Of a DNA stretch of 64,000 nucleotides, positions 33,789 to 45,077 are shown piece after piece. Both the position numbers and the translations under genes were made by a program. Position 1 is the first letter of the stretch; each line of letters begins with the position of its first letter. A model generated the notes under the pieces. That model saw only the letters and a list, made by a program, of their open reading frames with translations, searched no databases and was not told where the DNA came from. Origin of the DNA: Spirochaetia bacterium (GTDB lineage Bacteria; Spirochaetota; Spirochaetia; CAKZLE01); NCBI GenBank assembly GCA_963677595.1, contig OY782041.1:704001-768000 (forward strand), given 5' to 3'.

Positions 33789-34085
33789 CTATCGTACCAG
33801 CATGACCCGGGTGATGGCATCTGAGGGTTCAATGACACCGAACATCTGCTTCAGGTCCTCGGTCGTCATCAGGGTCGTACCTGCTATGGTATTGTACCGT
33901 TCACGGATGAGTTTGAGGGAGTCCTGGTCGTTATCGAACAGGGCACCGCTCAGGGCGAATCGATACAGCCCCTTCCCCACCAGTTCCTCGATCGAAGCCT
34001 TGCCGTAGGTCTTCCTTGCCTGCCCGTCCACCAGGGCAGTGTCTCCCTGGTACCCGATACAGAACATATAATCTTCACGTTTCAT
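33789..34085 (-). CDS. Hypothetical protein (98 aa) downstream of groEL
   Basis: SD AGGAG, host-like codon usage, no recognisable motif. Confidence 0.65.
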   Translation of the reverse strand: MKREDYMFCIGYQGDTALVDGQARKTYGKASIEELVGKGLYRFALSGALFDNDQDSLKLIRERYNTIAGTTLMTTEDLKQMFGVIEPSDAITRVMLVR

Positions 34086-34097
34086 TTGGCTGCTCCT

Positions 34098-34130
34098 AAA
34101 AAAAACACCTCCCGCTTACGCGGGAGATGC
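34098..34130 (-). terminator. groEL intrinsic terminator
   Basis: rc CTCCCGCGTAAGCGGGAG followed by a long T-run. Confidence 0.7.
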
Positions 34131-34188
34131 CAATCCTGAAGTTGTACTAAACTCTTTCGAGCTTTACTAAAAACCCTTATCAGTCAGC

Positions 34189-35841
<1,653 letters not shown>

Positions 35842-36175
35842 TCAACCTCTCCTATATTCTTTAATAATGGTTTTCAACAGTGATTTGGTATTTGTCTCTA
35901 AGTAAAATACATATAATCATTTGGATTATCAACAAAAAATCTCTTTTTTTCAATAGATTTTTCTCCCGGCAGGGCCGGTTCCTCCTCCCCGGGGGAAACT
36001 TCTGCCCTCTCCCCTGCCGTGAGGACGGGATCCTCCCCGCCTCCTGGCCTTCCTATCGTACCATCTGCTTCCCATCTGCACAATGGGCTCGCTGCCTCCT
36101 GTAAAAAGTCAACTCACTCTTGTGTTTCAGGTTGTTGTGAACTAGAATCAGAGAGAATAACGAGAAGGATTCGAT

Positions 36176-37291
36176 ATGCAGTACCTGATCCAGTTCCAGA
36201 TCAATATCTACGCAGTTCTCATGCTGCTGGTCATCTTCATGATCACCAGCATGCAGATGAGGATCAAGTTCCCGTCAAAGAAGCTGCTCCAGCTCATCAT
36301 CCTCGTGAACATTGCCAGCATCATCACCGAACCACTCACCTGGGTCTTCGATACCCAGCTCTACCCTGCGGCCTTCCTGATCAACCACGTGACCAACTTC
36401 CTGCTCGTCCTGCTGAGCCCGGTCCTTGCCGGCCTGTTGATCTCCTATGTGGACATCACCCTCAACAATGACCAGAGGCGGCTTAGGAAGCGGCTCTATT
36501 ACCAGGGGCCGGCCATCCTGGTCTTCATCCTCCTGTGCATCAACTTCTTTACCCCCATCTACTACTGGATCGAACCTGAGCTAAACCTCTATCAGAGCGG
36601 TCCCCTCCTATGGGTCAATTACGTGCTGATCCTCATCCTCTACCTGTATACCTACTTCCTCGTCCTGGTCAATCGGAACAAACAGGACCTCAGCCGGATC
36701 CATACCCTCGTGGTGATCCTCTCCCTGCCCGTGATCGGGATGATCATCCAGACATTGGATTCCAGGCTGAACTTCTCCTGGACCACCATCAGCCTGGGAA
36801 TCCTCGTGGCCTACTCCTTCTTCGAGACCTCTCCGGGGGAGAAGGACTACCTGACCGGCCTCTATTCCCGCTCCAGCTATGACCGGTATGTGCACCAGCT
36901 CATCGACGAACACAGGGACTTCCAGATCATGATGATCGACCTCAACGGGTTCAAGCAGATCAATGATGTCGAAGGCCACCATATAGGGGACTATGTGCTC
37001 CTCGAGTTCTCCAAGATCCTCTTGCAGACCTTCTCCCGGGAGCAGATGGTAGCACGTCTCGCTGGCGATGAGTTCGTCATCGTCATCGAATCAGCCGGGT
37101 CAGGACAGGTCCAGGTAGAGGATATCTACTCACGCTGCAGGAGGCACATGAACCCCCTCATGCAGCAGCTCCAGTTCAGTTACGGCATCGAAGCCTACCA
37201 GGACGGTGTCACCTTCAATGAGCTCTACATCCAGGTGGACAAGAAGATGTACACCCACAAAGAGGAGCTCAAACGGATCCAGGGACCGTGA
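36176..37291 (+). CDS. Membrane-anchored GGDEF-domain protein (AGDEF variant)
   Basis: About 7 TM helices, then DYLTGL, DLNGFKQIND..GH..GD and RLAGDEF. Confidence 0.85.
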   Translation: MQYLIQFQINIYAVLMLLVIFMITSMQMRIKFPSKKLLQLIILVNIASIITEPLTWVFDTQLYPAAFLINHVTNFLLVLLSPVLAGLLISYVDITLNNDQRRLRKRLYYQGPAILVFILLCINFFTPIYYWIEPELNLYQSGPLLWVNYVLILILYLYTYFLVLVNRNKQDLSRIHTLVVILSLPVIGMIIQTLDSRLNFSWTTISLGILVAYSFFETSPGEKDYLTGLYSRSSYDRYVHQLIDEHRDFQIMMIDLNGFKQINDVEGHHIGDYVLLEFSKILLQTFSREQMVARLAGDEFVIVIESAGSGQVQVEDIYSRCRRHMNPLMQQLQFSYGIEAYQDGVTFNELYIQVDKKMYTHKEELKRIQGP

Positions 37292-37412
37292 TGCTTCGTA
37301 TCACAGACAGGATATACGGTTTATATAGCGGTTAAGGTATTGTCATTTTCCCGTGAAACCAATAGAATCACCTTTGTCACAGCGGCTGATCCGAGGGACA
37401 GACGCTGCTCCT

Positions 37413-37496
37413 GCCGGCGTGGTGAAATTGGTAGACACGATAGATTCAAAATCTATTGGGGGCAACCTCGTATCGGTTCAAGTCCGATCGCCGGTA
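37413..37496 (+). tRNA. tRNA-Leu(CAA)
   Basis: GCCGGCGTGGTGAAATTGGTAGACACG, anticodon arm ATAGA-TTCAAAA-TCTAT, long variable arm, GGTTCAAGTCC; promoter TTGTCA-17-TAGAAT upstream. Confidence 0.93.
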
Positions 37497-37583
37497 TTCA
37501 TTCTTTCCTATAAATCATTACATATTTAATAATTATTTTTTCGCATATTGCAAAGTGTTACCAAAAGTGTAAGCTTTGTTAAC

Positions 37584-37900
37584 TCAAATCAGTTTCTTGA
37601 GGAATCTGAACTGGACGTAGGGATTTCTGCTGGCTTCCATGATCTCCCAGAAGAAATACTGTGTATCAGGTAATCTATAGGCTTTCCTTCTAATCGTCGT
37701 GATCAGATTGTTCAACCCTGCGAGTTTTCCTGAAGAGATGGGTCTCAAGCAAGGTTGAGAATCCCATCAGCCGTTTCTCGATCGTATCAGCAAATGAGAG
37801 AATCTCTGCTGTGTTGCTTTGTCTGGCAATTTTAAGCCAAGACATAACGCTTGCCCATGAGGTTCCTTGAATGCCTCATCAAATATCATGCAGCTAAGAG
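37584..37900 (-). pseudogene. Frameshifted remnant of an ISL3-family transposase C-terminus
   Basis: Manual translation of rc gives WLKIARQSNTAEILSFADTIEKRLMG, then after a frameshift PISSGKLAGLNNLITTIRRKAYRLPDTQYFF, matching the ISL3 EGxNNxIKxxxRxAYG motif with the catalytic E lost. Confidence 0.72.
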
Positions 37901-37971
37901 CCCCCCTTGGCTGCATATTTATAACATACTTCTACTTGTATTTTTTTATTATGCTTCAGTATAATTGAGGT

Positions 37972-39612
37972 ATGTTGAAGAATACAAAAGACACCAAACG
38001 GGAACTAATAAAATTCAATAGTACACATATGGTCACCGGGACTATCCTGCTGTTTTTATTACTCTTACTTTTGTCTATCACTATTATTTCAATATCCAAC
38101 AATATACAGTCTGAGCAAAAAAAGTCTGAATTCATCCTTGAGAAAAAAATCAGTCTTGATGGAGCAGCCATCTCAATTCAAGAGACCCTCTCCTTTATCG
38201 CTGACGACCTTTTAATGCTTAGCGAATTACTACTTTCTAAACCACTTGCAGCGTGTTCTGATGATACCAGGAGTGATGCAGAACGGATATTCAGAAAAAC
38301 TGCCAAGATCACTCAAAAATACGACCAAATCCGCTTTATCGATGCGGAGGGAATGGAGCAGGTAAGAGTCAACTACAACTATGGAAATCCTGAAGCTGTT
38401 TCGGTTGAGAACCTGCAGAATAAACGTAATCGTTACTACTTCAACGATAGCATACATCTCAACAAAGGGCAGGTCTACGTATCTGTTCTTGATCTCAATA
38501 TTGAACATGGCGATATAGAGACCCCCTATAAACCAATGATACGGTTCTCAACCCCAGTCATCGATGACGCTGGAAACCTGTACGGAGTAGTTGTATTGAA
38601 CTATCTTGCCGGGCATATCCTCGACCTGTTTCGGCAGATGTTCCCGGAAAGCTCTACTGAAGGCAGCACGGTCATGATGCTTAATTCAGATGGGTATTTT
38701 TTTGTTAATGAGGAACAACCCGAACTAGAATTCGGGTTCATGTTTCCTGACAAACAGGATACCTGCATCCGTATAACAAATGACGCAGTCTGGTCTCTGG
38801 TACAGATGAATGAGTCAGGCAGTTTCTTTGAAAATGGGAATCTTTATGTATTCTCCCATTTACATCCACTGGAAGACAATTGGATATCCAGCAAAGATAT
38901 TCTTCAAACTGAATCACAACTAATGGATCCTGATGATTACTACTGGATCATCCTATCTCAAATGTCGGATTCCTACTTTAAGCAGCATATCATTCCTGAT
39001 ACAAATCTCGGAGTAGCCATCGCATTGGTATCTCTATTGATTCTCCTTAGCATCGCAGCCTTCCTTTCCTATTATCGGGAAATCCGGCGTGTTGATTTAC
39101 ATAATACGAGAGTATTTGCCAGATATGACTCAATGACTAAGCTGAACAAACGGGAATATGGTCTCAACCAGTTGGAGGTTCTCTGTGAATGGAAAAAACA
39201 GAAAAATGATACGTTCGGTATGCTCTTCCTTGATCTCAACAAGTTCAAACCTTTAAACGACACATACGGGCATCAAGCAGGTGATTTTTGTCTTGCAACT
39301 GTAGGGAATCGTATCAATTCCATCATCAGAGAAAACGATATCGCTATCCGCCTTGGCGGTGACGAGTTCCTTATCGTCATTGAGCATTTAGTAACCAGTA
39401 AAAGCCTTCTGGACATTGCCAAAAGGATGAAAACTGAAATTATCAAACCTATTTTGTTTGAAGAAATCAGCTTCTCCGTGGGGGTGAGTATCGGAATTGC
39501 ATGCTACCCCACTGACGGCAAAACGATTGATGAATTGATTACCTGTGCAGATAATGCTATGTATGAAGCGAAACACACTGATGAGGGGATAGTTTTATCC
39601 TGCAATCAATAA
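37972..39612 (+). CDS. dCache-sensor diguanylate cyclase (low GC)
   Basis: TM, dCache (YDQIRFID, RYYF, PMIRFSTP), TM, GGDEF (RLGGDEF); AT-rich codon usage. Confidence 0.87.
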   Translation: MLKNTKDTKRELIKFNSTHMVTGTILLFLLLLLLSITIISISNNIQSEQKKSEFILEKKISLDGAAISIQETLSFIADDLLMLSELLLSKPLAACSDDTRSDAERIFRKTAKITQKYDQIRFIDAEGMEQVRVNYNYGNPEAVSVENLQNKRNRYYFNDSIHLNKGQVYVSVLDLNIEHGDIETPYKPMIRFSTPVIDDAGNLYGVVVLNYLAGHILDLFRQMFPESSTEGSTVMMLNSDGYFFVNEEQPELEFGFMFPDKQDTCIRITNDAVWSLVQMNESGSFFENGNLYVFSHLHPLEDNWISSKDILQTESQLMDPDDYYWIILSQMSDSYFKQHIIPDTNLGVAIALVSLLILLSIAAFLSYYREIRRVDLHNTRVFARYDSMTKLNKREYGLNQLEVLCEWKKQKNDTFGMLFLDLNKFKPLNDTYGHQAGDFCLATVGNRINSIIRENDIAIRLGGDEFLIVIEHLVTSKSLLDIAKRMKTEIIKPILFEEISFSVGVSIGIACYPTDGKTIDELITCADNAMYEAKHTDEGIVLSCNQ

Positions 39613-39633
39613 CTTGAATCTCTGCGGGTAATA

Positions 39634-39825
39634 CTAGCACTGAGTTGCCGATACTCCTTCGCAGTGGATGCACATGAATACCTTGCCGTTCGAGAACAGC
39701 TTTCTGCCGCAGGAGGGACAGGGCTTGAAGGTCTCCCAATACCCGAGTGTGCCGGTCCGGCAGTGCTTCGAGCGGAAGAACAAATTGCAGTTACTGGTAC
39801 CTGAAACATCGGTCAGTGATCTCAT
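39634..39825 (-). CDS. Small zinc-ribbon protein (63 aa)
   Basis: SD GGAGG 6 nt before ATG; CPSC-x12-CIHC. Confidence 0.55.
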   Translation of the reverse strand: MRSLTDVSGTSNCNLFFRSKHCRTGTLGYWETFKPCPSCGRKLFSNGKVFMCIHCEGVSATQC

Positions 39826-39915
39826 AGGCATCCTCCATTCCCTGAGGGTACCTACACTGGTAGCAGACTCCTGTTTCCTAACTGTGAGCAGATGACGAGA
39901 ATTGTATGAGATCTT

Positions 39916-40632
39916 TCAGAATCGTGCGAAGCTCATGACGAGTCCAATCATCCCACCGAACACCCCGCCCCAGATGACCAGCCAGCCAAGGTGCTTTGCG
40001 ATCATATCCTGCACGATCTTCTTGACGATCTGCGGTGTGAGTTCATTCAGTCGCGACTCCACGATGGTGTCGACATGGTCCTTCACGGTGATGACCAGGT
40101 CTTCCTGTCCCCCGTATGCCCCGATGAGGGCCTGCTGGAACTGGTCATCCGAAGCCTGCTCCCGGATGAATCCCCTGATCTTTCCCTCGAACGGCTGCCT
40201 GAAGCCTTCAAGGACCGAGGCACCACCGAAGAGGCCCAGCATCCCGCCGAAGGAGGATTCCAGAATCATGGAGGTCAGGGACCCGAAGGCCCCGTCATAG
40301 TTGATGCAGTCCAGGGCCGGCTCGATATCGAGCTGTCTTGGTTTCTCGAGCGTTTCCGAGAGGAACTTCCTCATGTTCTCCTCGGTGAAGAACTGCTCCA
40401 TGATCAGGGTCTTGATCCCGCTCTTGAAGTCCTCGAAATGGTTCGGGACGACCCCTGACCCGTAGAGGAGCGGGACCTTCTCGAAGAGCATGTGGACAGC
40501 AAGCCAGTTCGTGACTGCCCCTGATAGGGCAAAGAACCCCACAGACCTGATCTGGTCTCCCCAGAGAGGAGAGAAGTAGCCTGCAAGTATCACAAGCAGT
40601 GCCAGTAGGTTGGTTGCCAGACTCTTATTCAT
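39916..40632 (-). CDS. DUF445 family membrane protein
   Basis: GAVTNWLAVHMLF...GSGVVP and HLGWLVIWGGVFGGMIG. Confidence 0.82.
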   Translation of the reverse strand: MNKSLATNLLALLVILAGYFSPLWGDQIRSVGFFALSGAVTNWLAVHMLFEKVPLLYGSGVVPNHFEDFKSGIKTLIMEQFFTEENMRKFLSETLEKPRQLDIEPALDCINYDGAFGSLTSMILESSFGGMLGLFGGASVLEGFRQPFEGKIRGFIREQASDDQFQQALIGAYGGQEDLVITVKDHVDTIVESRLNELTPQIVKKIVQDMIAKHLGWLVIWGGVFGGMIGLVMSFARF

Positions 40633-40825
40633 GTAAAGACCCCTTCTTCATTCGTAACTCGAAAAGAATATACAACTTTTTCCACGGGAGGGGAAAGCCC
40701 TGTGATGATCCCGCTGAGACCCGGCAGGGGGAAGAATGCAATAGTTTTACCGGTTTGGCACCGTATTCGCTTGCATTGTGTAAAATGGTCTCTATATAAT
40801 GACCTATAGCCGCAAGGAGAAACAT

Positions 40826-41239
40826 GTGAAGGGAAACATCTCTATCTGGGTCTATATCTACCTCATCATCCATGCACTCTTCTCTGCATCGATGGCTGCG
40901 GTCGCGCTCATCGACCCCTCGTTCCAGTTCACCGGCCTCCTGCAGACCTCGGCAGTCATGCACCCGATCGGGCTCTATGCCAACAGGGGGTTTGCCATAG
41001 CTGCAGCTACCCTGTATGCAGTGTTCTACGGCATCAGAACCAGAAGGCCTTCGCAGATCACCAGCATCCTCCTGATCTTCTTCCTCACAGACCTCCTGGA
41101 TTTCATCCTGCTAGCCGTCAGGGGGGATTCCAGCTGGCTCATGTTCGCGACCTATCTCATCCTGTTCTGGATCCCTGAAGTACTCTCCCTCCTCTACCTG
41201 AGCAGCAGGCTCAGGATCCACAGGAGAAAGGCAGATTAA
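40826..41239 (+). CDS. Hypothetical 4-TM membrane protein
   Basis: SD AAGGAG before GTG; four hydrophobic segments. Confidence 0.65.
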   Translation: MKGNISIWVYIYLIIHALFSASMAAVALIDPSFQFTGLLQTSAVMHPIGLYANRGFAIAAATLYAVFYGIRTRRPSQITSILLIFFLTDLLDFILLAVRGDSSWLMFATYLILFWIPEVLSLLYLSSRLRIHRRKAD

Positions 41240-41345
41240 CCCCCCTGTTTCCTGCATGAGTCTTGCTTAAAAACTCTTCCATTCAGCCCTCTATGGTAGT
41301 AAAATGAGAGCGTGGGAAAAGAGGTGAACTATCATTACCATCGGC

Positions 41346-42692
41346 TTGATCGATCATACAGTCTTTATGAATATCAATCTGTGGGAGGACCTGGGGTCCT
41401 ATATACTCCCTGACTCCATCAGGCTCTTCATACCTTCATCCTATGTCAGGATCATCACAGGACTCATGGAGGAATCCCTCGACCCGGAGCAGAAAGAGCA
41501 GCTTAGCCAGGTCATCCTGCTGCTTCAGGAGATAGGGCGCAGTGAGACCGGGATCGAGTACATGGAGTATCAATCAGCAGCCCTCGTGCGGACGACCTCG
41601 ATGCAGGCCAACCTCGCGATCCTGGAGGGACTGCAGGAACTCGAGCGGTCATTCCCGGATGCGGAGATCAGGTTCTTCTCCCAGAACCGGTCCCTCCTCC
41701 GGGAGGTCAGCCAGCTCGGGTATATGACCGAACGCATTCACATCCCGTTCAGCAAGGACTACCATGACCTCTTCTGGGATCCCTACAACCCCGAATTCAG
41801 TGAGGACCCTGCCGTAGCCGTCGATATCCACCCCCTGGGGATCGACCCCGGGGCGCTCTGGCTGATCACCGCGGACGAACCGGGTGAGGACCAGCGCAAA
41901 AGGGTCCTCGAGGAGATAACCGCACGGTTCCCGATCGAGGCGATGTTCAGGGCTGACAACAACCCGGCAGGGGCCCCGATTAACTACTCCCTCCCGATCG
42001 ATATGGTCAGGATCATCATCAGGAAGGCCGATGAAGATACGAGGGAGTTCATCAATTCCGTCTATGAGACCTGGATCGACGATATCACCGGCTGGTATGA
42101 GGAGATGGTCCAGCGAAGCAGCAGCTCACTGAGGATGAACAGGCTCCAGGTCGCCCTGAAGAGCAACCACCATGAGACCCTCCATGACCTGAGGATAACC
42201 TGCTCCCTGCCAGAACGGCTGATCGTCCTGCAGGATCCCGTTGCTGACGGCAGCCCACCGGAACTGCCGAAGATGCCCATTCTCACCCATAGGATGTGCT
42301 CTGATATCGATGCGATACCGCCGGAAACCTACCTGCGGCTCTTCGGCGAGGACCTGCGTGATAGCACATTGCTCTCCCCGACCTGGCAGGGACTCATGGA
42401 CGAGTCCCAGGACCGGGATGCGGGACCTCAGGTCGTCGAGTCACAGGATCACCAGGTCACCTTCTCAGCAAGCAGCCTGCTCCCCTTTGATGTACTCTCC
42501 ATGGAGATAGCCTGTTCTTCAGGGAATGACCTGCAGGGTGATACACCTGCTGCGATCACCTGCCGGATTGAGGCTGAGGAACTCGAGATACCGATCACGA
42601 CCACCAGCACGATCCCCGTGGTCATAAAGAGGAGGATGATCCTTCCGTTCGTACGGCACCAGCTCAATGCTGCCCTGGCACGGATGTGCTGA
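41346..42692 (+). CDS. Hypothetical protein with a degenerate PIN-like N-terminal domain
   Basis: IDHTVF / FIPSS / ANLAIL / FFSQNRSL follow PIN-fold spacing; start uncertain. Confidence 0.5.
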   Translation: MIDHTVFMNINLWEDLGSYILPDSIRLFIPSSYVRIITGLMEESLDPEQKEQLSQVILLLQEIGRSETGIEYMEYQSAALVRTTSMQANLAILEGLQELERSFPDAEIRFFSQNRSLLREVSQLGYMTERIHIPFSKDYHDLFWDPYNPEFSEDPAVAVDIHPLGIDPGALWLITADEPGEDQRKRVLEEITARFPIEAMFRADNNPAGAPINYSLPIDMVRIIIRKADEDTREFINSVYETWIDDITGWYEEMVQRSSSSLRMNRLQVALKSNHHETLHDLRITCSLPERLIVLQDPVADGSPPELPKMPILTHRMCSDIDAIPPETYLRLFGEDLRDSTLLSPTWQGLMDESQDRDAGPQVVESQDHQVTFSASSLLPFDVLSMEIACSSGNDLQGDTPAAITCRIEAEELEIPITTTSTIPVVIKRRMILPFVRHQLNAALARMC

Positions 42693-44960
42693 TCAGGGCC
42701 AGGGGAATCGTTCAGCGATCATGTCGACCACTGCATCTGTGGTCTTCAACCCCAGGAGTTCCGGTACGGCGGCGCGACACTCCTCATAGGAGAGTGTGCT
42801 GATGCGCTGTTTCACGGCAGCAAGCCGGGAGGGCTCGGCACTGAATGAGTCGATACCGATACCGATCAGGAACGGCAGCATCATAGGGTCACCGGCAGCA
42901 TCACCGCAGACAGAGAGGTACCCCGATATATCAGGGCGGACCGGGAGGATGTTCTCCACCAGGCGATGGAGAGTCCTGAATACCGCAGGGTGGAAGGAGG
43001 TATGCAGCTCACCCACCCGTTCATTCCCGCGGTCCACTGCCAGGAGGTACATGATCAGGTCATTCGTCCCGACACTGAGGAAGTCAGCTTCCTCTGCCAG
43101 CTCGCCGGCGATCTCGACTGCGGAAGGGATCTCGATCATCGCGCCCAGTTTCGGGTCCGCGCAGTAGGGGACCCCGTTCTCCTCCAGCTCCCTGATGCAT
43201 TCAGAGACAGCGTCCTTCGCCTGGAGGAACTCATCGAGGGATGAGACCATGGGGAAGAGGATCTTCAGGTCAGTCCCCTCCCCGGCTCTCAGCATCGCCT
43301 TGATCTGCTCCGAGAAGATATCCATCGCCTCGAGCGAATACCTGATGCCCCGGAACCCGAGGAAGGGGTTCTCTTCCGTGATCATCTCGGCATACCCCGG
43401 CAGTTTATCCCCGCCTATATCGAGGGTACGAAGAATGACCTCCTTGCCGTCAGCTATCGTGCAGATCTTCTCATAGACATGGAACTGCTGGCTCTCGGAG
43501 GGGAAGTCGTTCTGGATGAGGAAGGGGAACTCTGACCGGTAGAGGCCGATCCCCTCGGCCGCGCGTTCGAACCCCGCTTCCGCATCATGCAGGATATTGA
43601 CGTTCACGTTGACATGGATCCGCCTGCCGTCTGTCGTGACAGACTCCTTCGGCAGGTCGACGGGTGCCAGTTCGGTACTGACATCACGGATCTTCCGGTA
43701 CTTGGCAAGCACCTTCTTGTCAGGGTCTATATGGAGCACTCCCTGGGTAGCGTCAAGAAGCAGGGATGACTTCGGCGGCAGCTTCAGGATCTCCCGGTTG
43801 TTCACCAGCAGCAGCGGGAGCCCCAGGGAACGGGATAGGATCGATATATGGGCCGTGAGCCCGTGCCCGAGCAGGACTACGGCCTTGGCATTCTGGACCC
43901 AGAACCGGACCAGTTCCGACGGATAGATCGTCTGGGCGATGATGACCAGGTCAGAGTAGTCGCTGTGGTCGGAAGCCTTGTTGAAGAGGTTCGCCAGGAG
44001 GCGGTGCTCGAGGTCACGGACATCCTGTTCCTTCTCCTGGATCCTCGGGTTGTCGGTACTGGCCATCAGCTGGGCATACATATCGGAGACCGAACGGACT
44101 GCGGCGTCGACAGACTCTCCCCCCTCGATCTTCTCCCGCATCATCCCCGTGAAGTTCGGGTCCTTGAGCATCAGGTAATGGGCCGTGAAGATCAACCCCG
44201 CAATATCACTGAGGCTCTCCCCGAGCTGGTCCTCGATCTGCTTGAGCTGGTCGAGCGTGGTCTCTATGGCGGTATCGAAATCCTCGATGGTATAACTCTT
44301 CGACCCTTCCGGGATGAGGTCGTCATCCAGGCGGTCCTCGAGGACGAACTGTTCGCGGTTATAGATGAAACTCTTCCCCTCCACGATACCCGGGGAGGCC
44401 CCGACTCCCTGGAGCGGGGATTCGATCGCTACCGCCGAGGCCTCAGGGGCCTTGAGCGAGAGCAGGACACCGGCACTCAGGACGGCGGAAGCCATCTGGG
44501 AAGCGATCGCCATGAGGATGGTCACGTCCTTCACCGTGAAGAACCCCGACTCCTTCTTGTGCAGGGTGATGACCCCGATCCTATTGCGGCCTCTGCGGAT
44601 CGGGACAGCGAGCAGGGACTGGAACTCATCCTCCCCGATACCGGGATAGGGCTTGTACTTGGGGTGCGACGGGGCATGGTCCGCCTTGATGGGGAAGAGG
44701 GTATCCATGACGGTACCCGTGATCCCTTCGCCGCGCTTGATCACCAGCTTCCCCACGAACTCCCCGGAAAGCCCCGCAGTCCCCTGGAGGGTGAGCGTCT
44801 CGGATTCCTCATGGTAGATGAAGAACGAGCAGGAATCAGCATTCATGTGGGTCGCGATCAGCGTGGAAAGGTCATTGAGGAACACCTTGAGGTTGGTGCT
44901 CTTCTTCATGATCTCCGTGAATTCCAACGTCTTATTCAGTAATGAGAGTTTCTTTACCAT
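42693..44960 (-). CDS. ptsP: GAF-domain phosphoenolpyruvate-protein phosphotransferase (EI-Ntr type)
   Basis: N-terminal GAF, TAH phospho-His, GIGLYRSEF, RTLDIGGDK, ENPFLGFRGIR, GTNDL, CGD. Confidence 0.9.
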   Translation of the reverse strand: MVKKLSLLNKTLEFTEIMKKSTNLKVFLNDLSTLIATHMNADSCSFFIYHEESETLTLQGTAGLSGEFVGKLVIKRGEGITGTVMDTLFPIKADHAPSHPKYKPYPGIGEDEFQSLLAVPIRRGRNRIGVITLHKKESGFFTVKDVTILMAIASQMASAVLSAGVLLSLKAPEASAVAIESPLQGVGASPGIVEGKSFIYNREQFVLEDRLDDDLIPEGSKSYTIEDFDTAIETTLDQLKQIEDQLGESLSDIAGLIFTAHYLMLKDPNFTGMMREKIEGGESVDAAVRSVSDMYAQLMASTDNPRIQEKEQDVRDLEHRLLANLFNKASDHSDYSDLVIIAQTIYPSELVRFWVQNAKAVVLLGHGLTAHISILSRSLGLPLLLVNNREILKLPPKSSLLLDATQGVLHIDPDKKVLAKYRKIRDVSTELAPVDLPKESVTTDGRRIHVNVNVNILHDAEAGFERAAEGIGLYRSEFPFLIQNDFPSESQQFHVYEKICTIADGKEVILRTLDIGGDKLPGYAEMITEENPFLGFRGIRYSLEAMDIFSEQIKAMLRAGEGTDLKILFPMVSSLDEFLQAKDAVSECIRELEENGVPYCADPKLGAMIEIPSAVEIAGELAEEADFLSVGTNDLIMYLLAVDRGNERVGELHTSFHPAVFRTLHRLVENILPVRPDISGYLSVCGDAAGDPMMLPFLIGIGIDSFSAEPSRLAAVKQRISTLSYEECRAAVPELLGLKTTDAVVDMIAERFPWP

Positions 44961-45077
44961 AGACCCGTACCTTTAAAAGTGTGTTCTAGTATCATACTAT
45001 ATAGAGAGATCATACGACAAGGAAAAACCTACAGGAGTGATTGTGCAATCCCGCCTGCTGTCGTATGATGCACAAAG

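Noticed and set aside
43848-44942. 364-aa ORF antisense to ptsP
   Set aside because: Shadow ORF from GC3 codon bias; no motifs.
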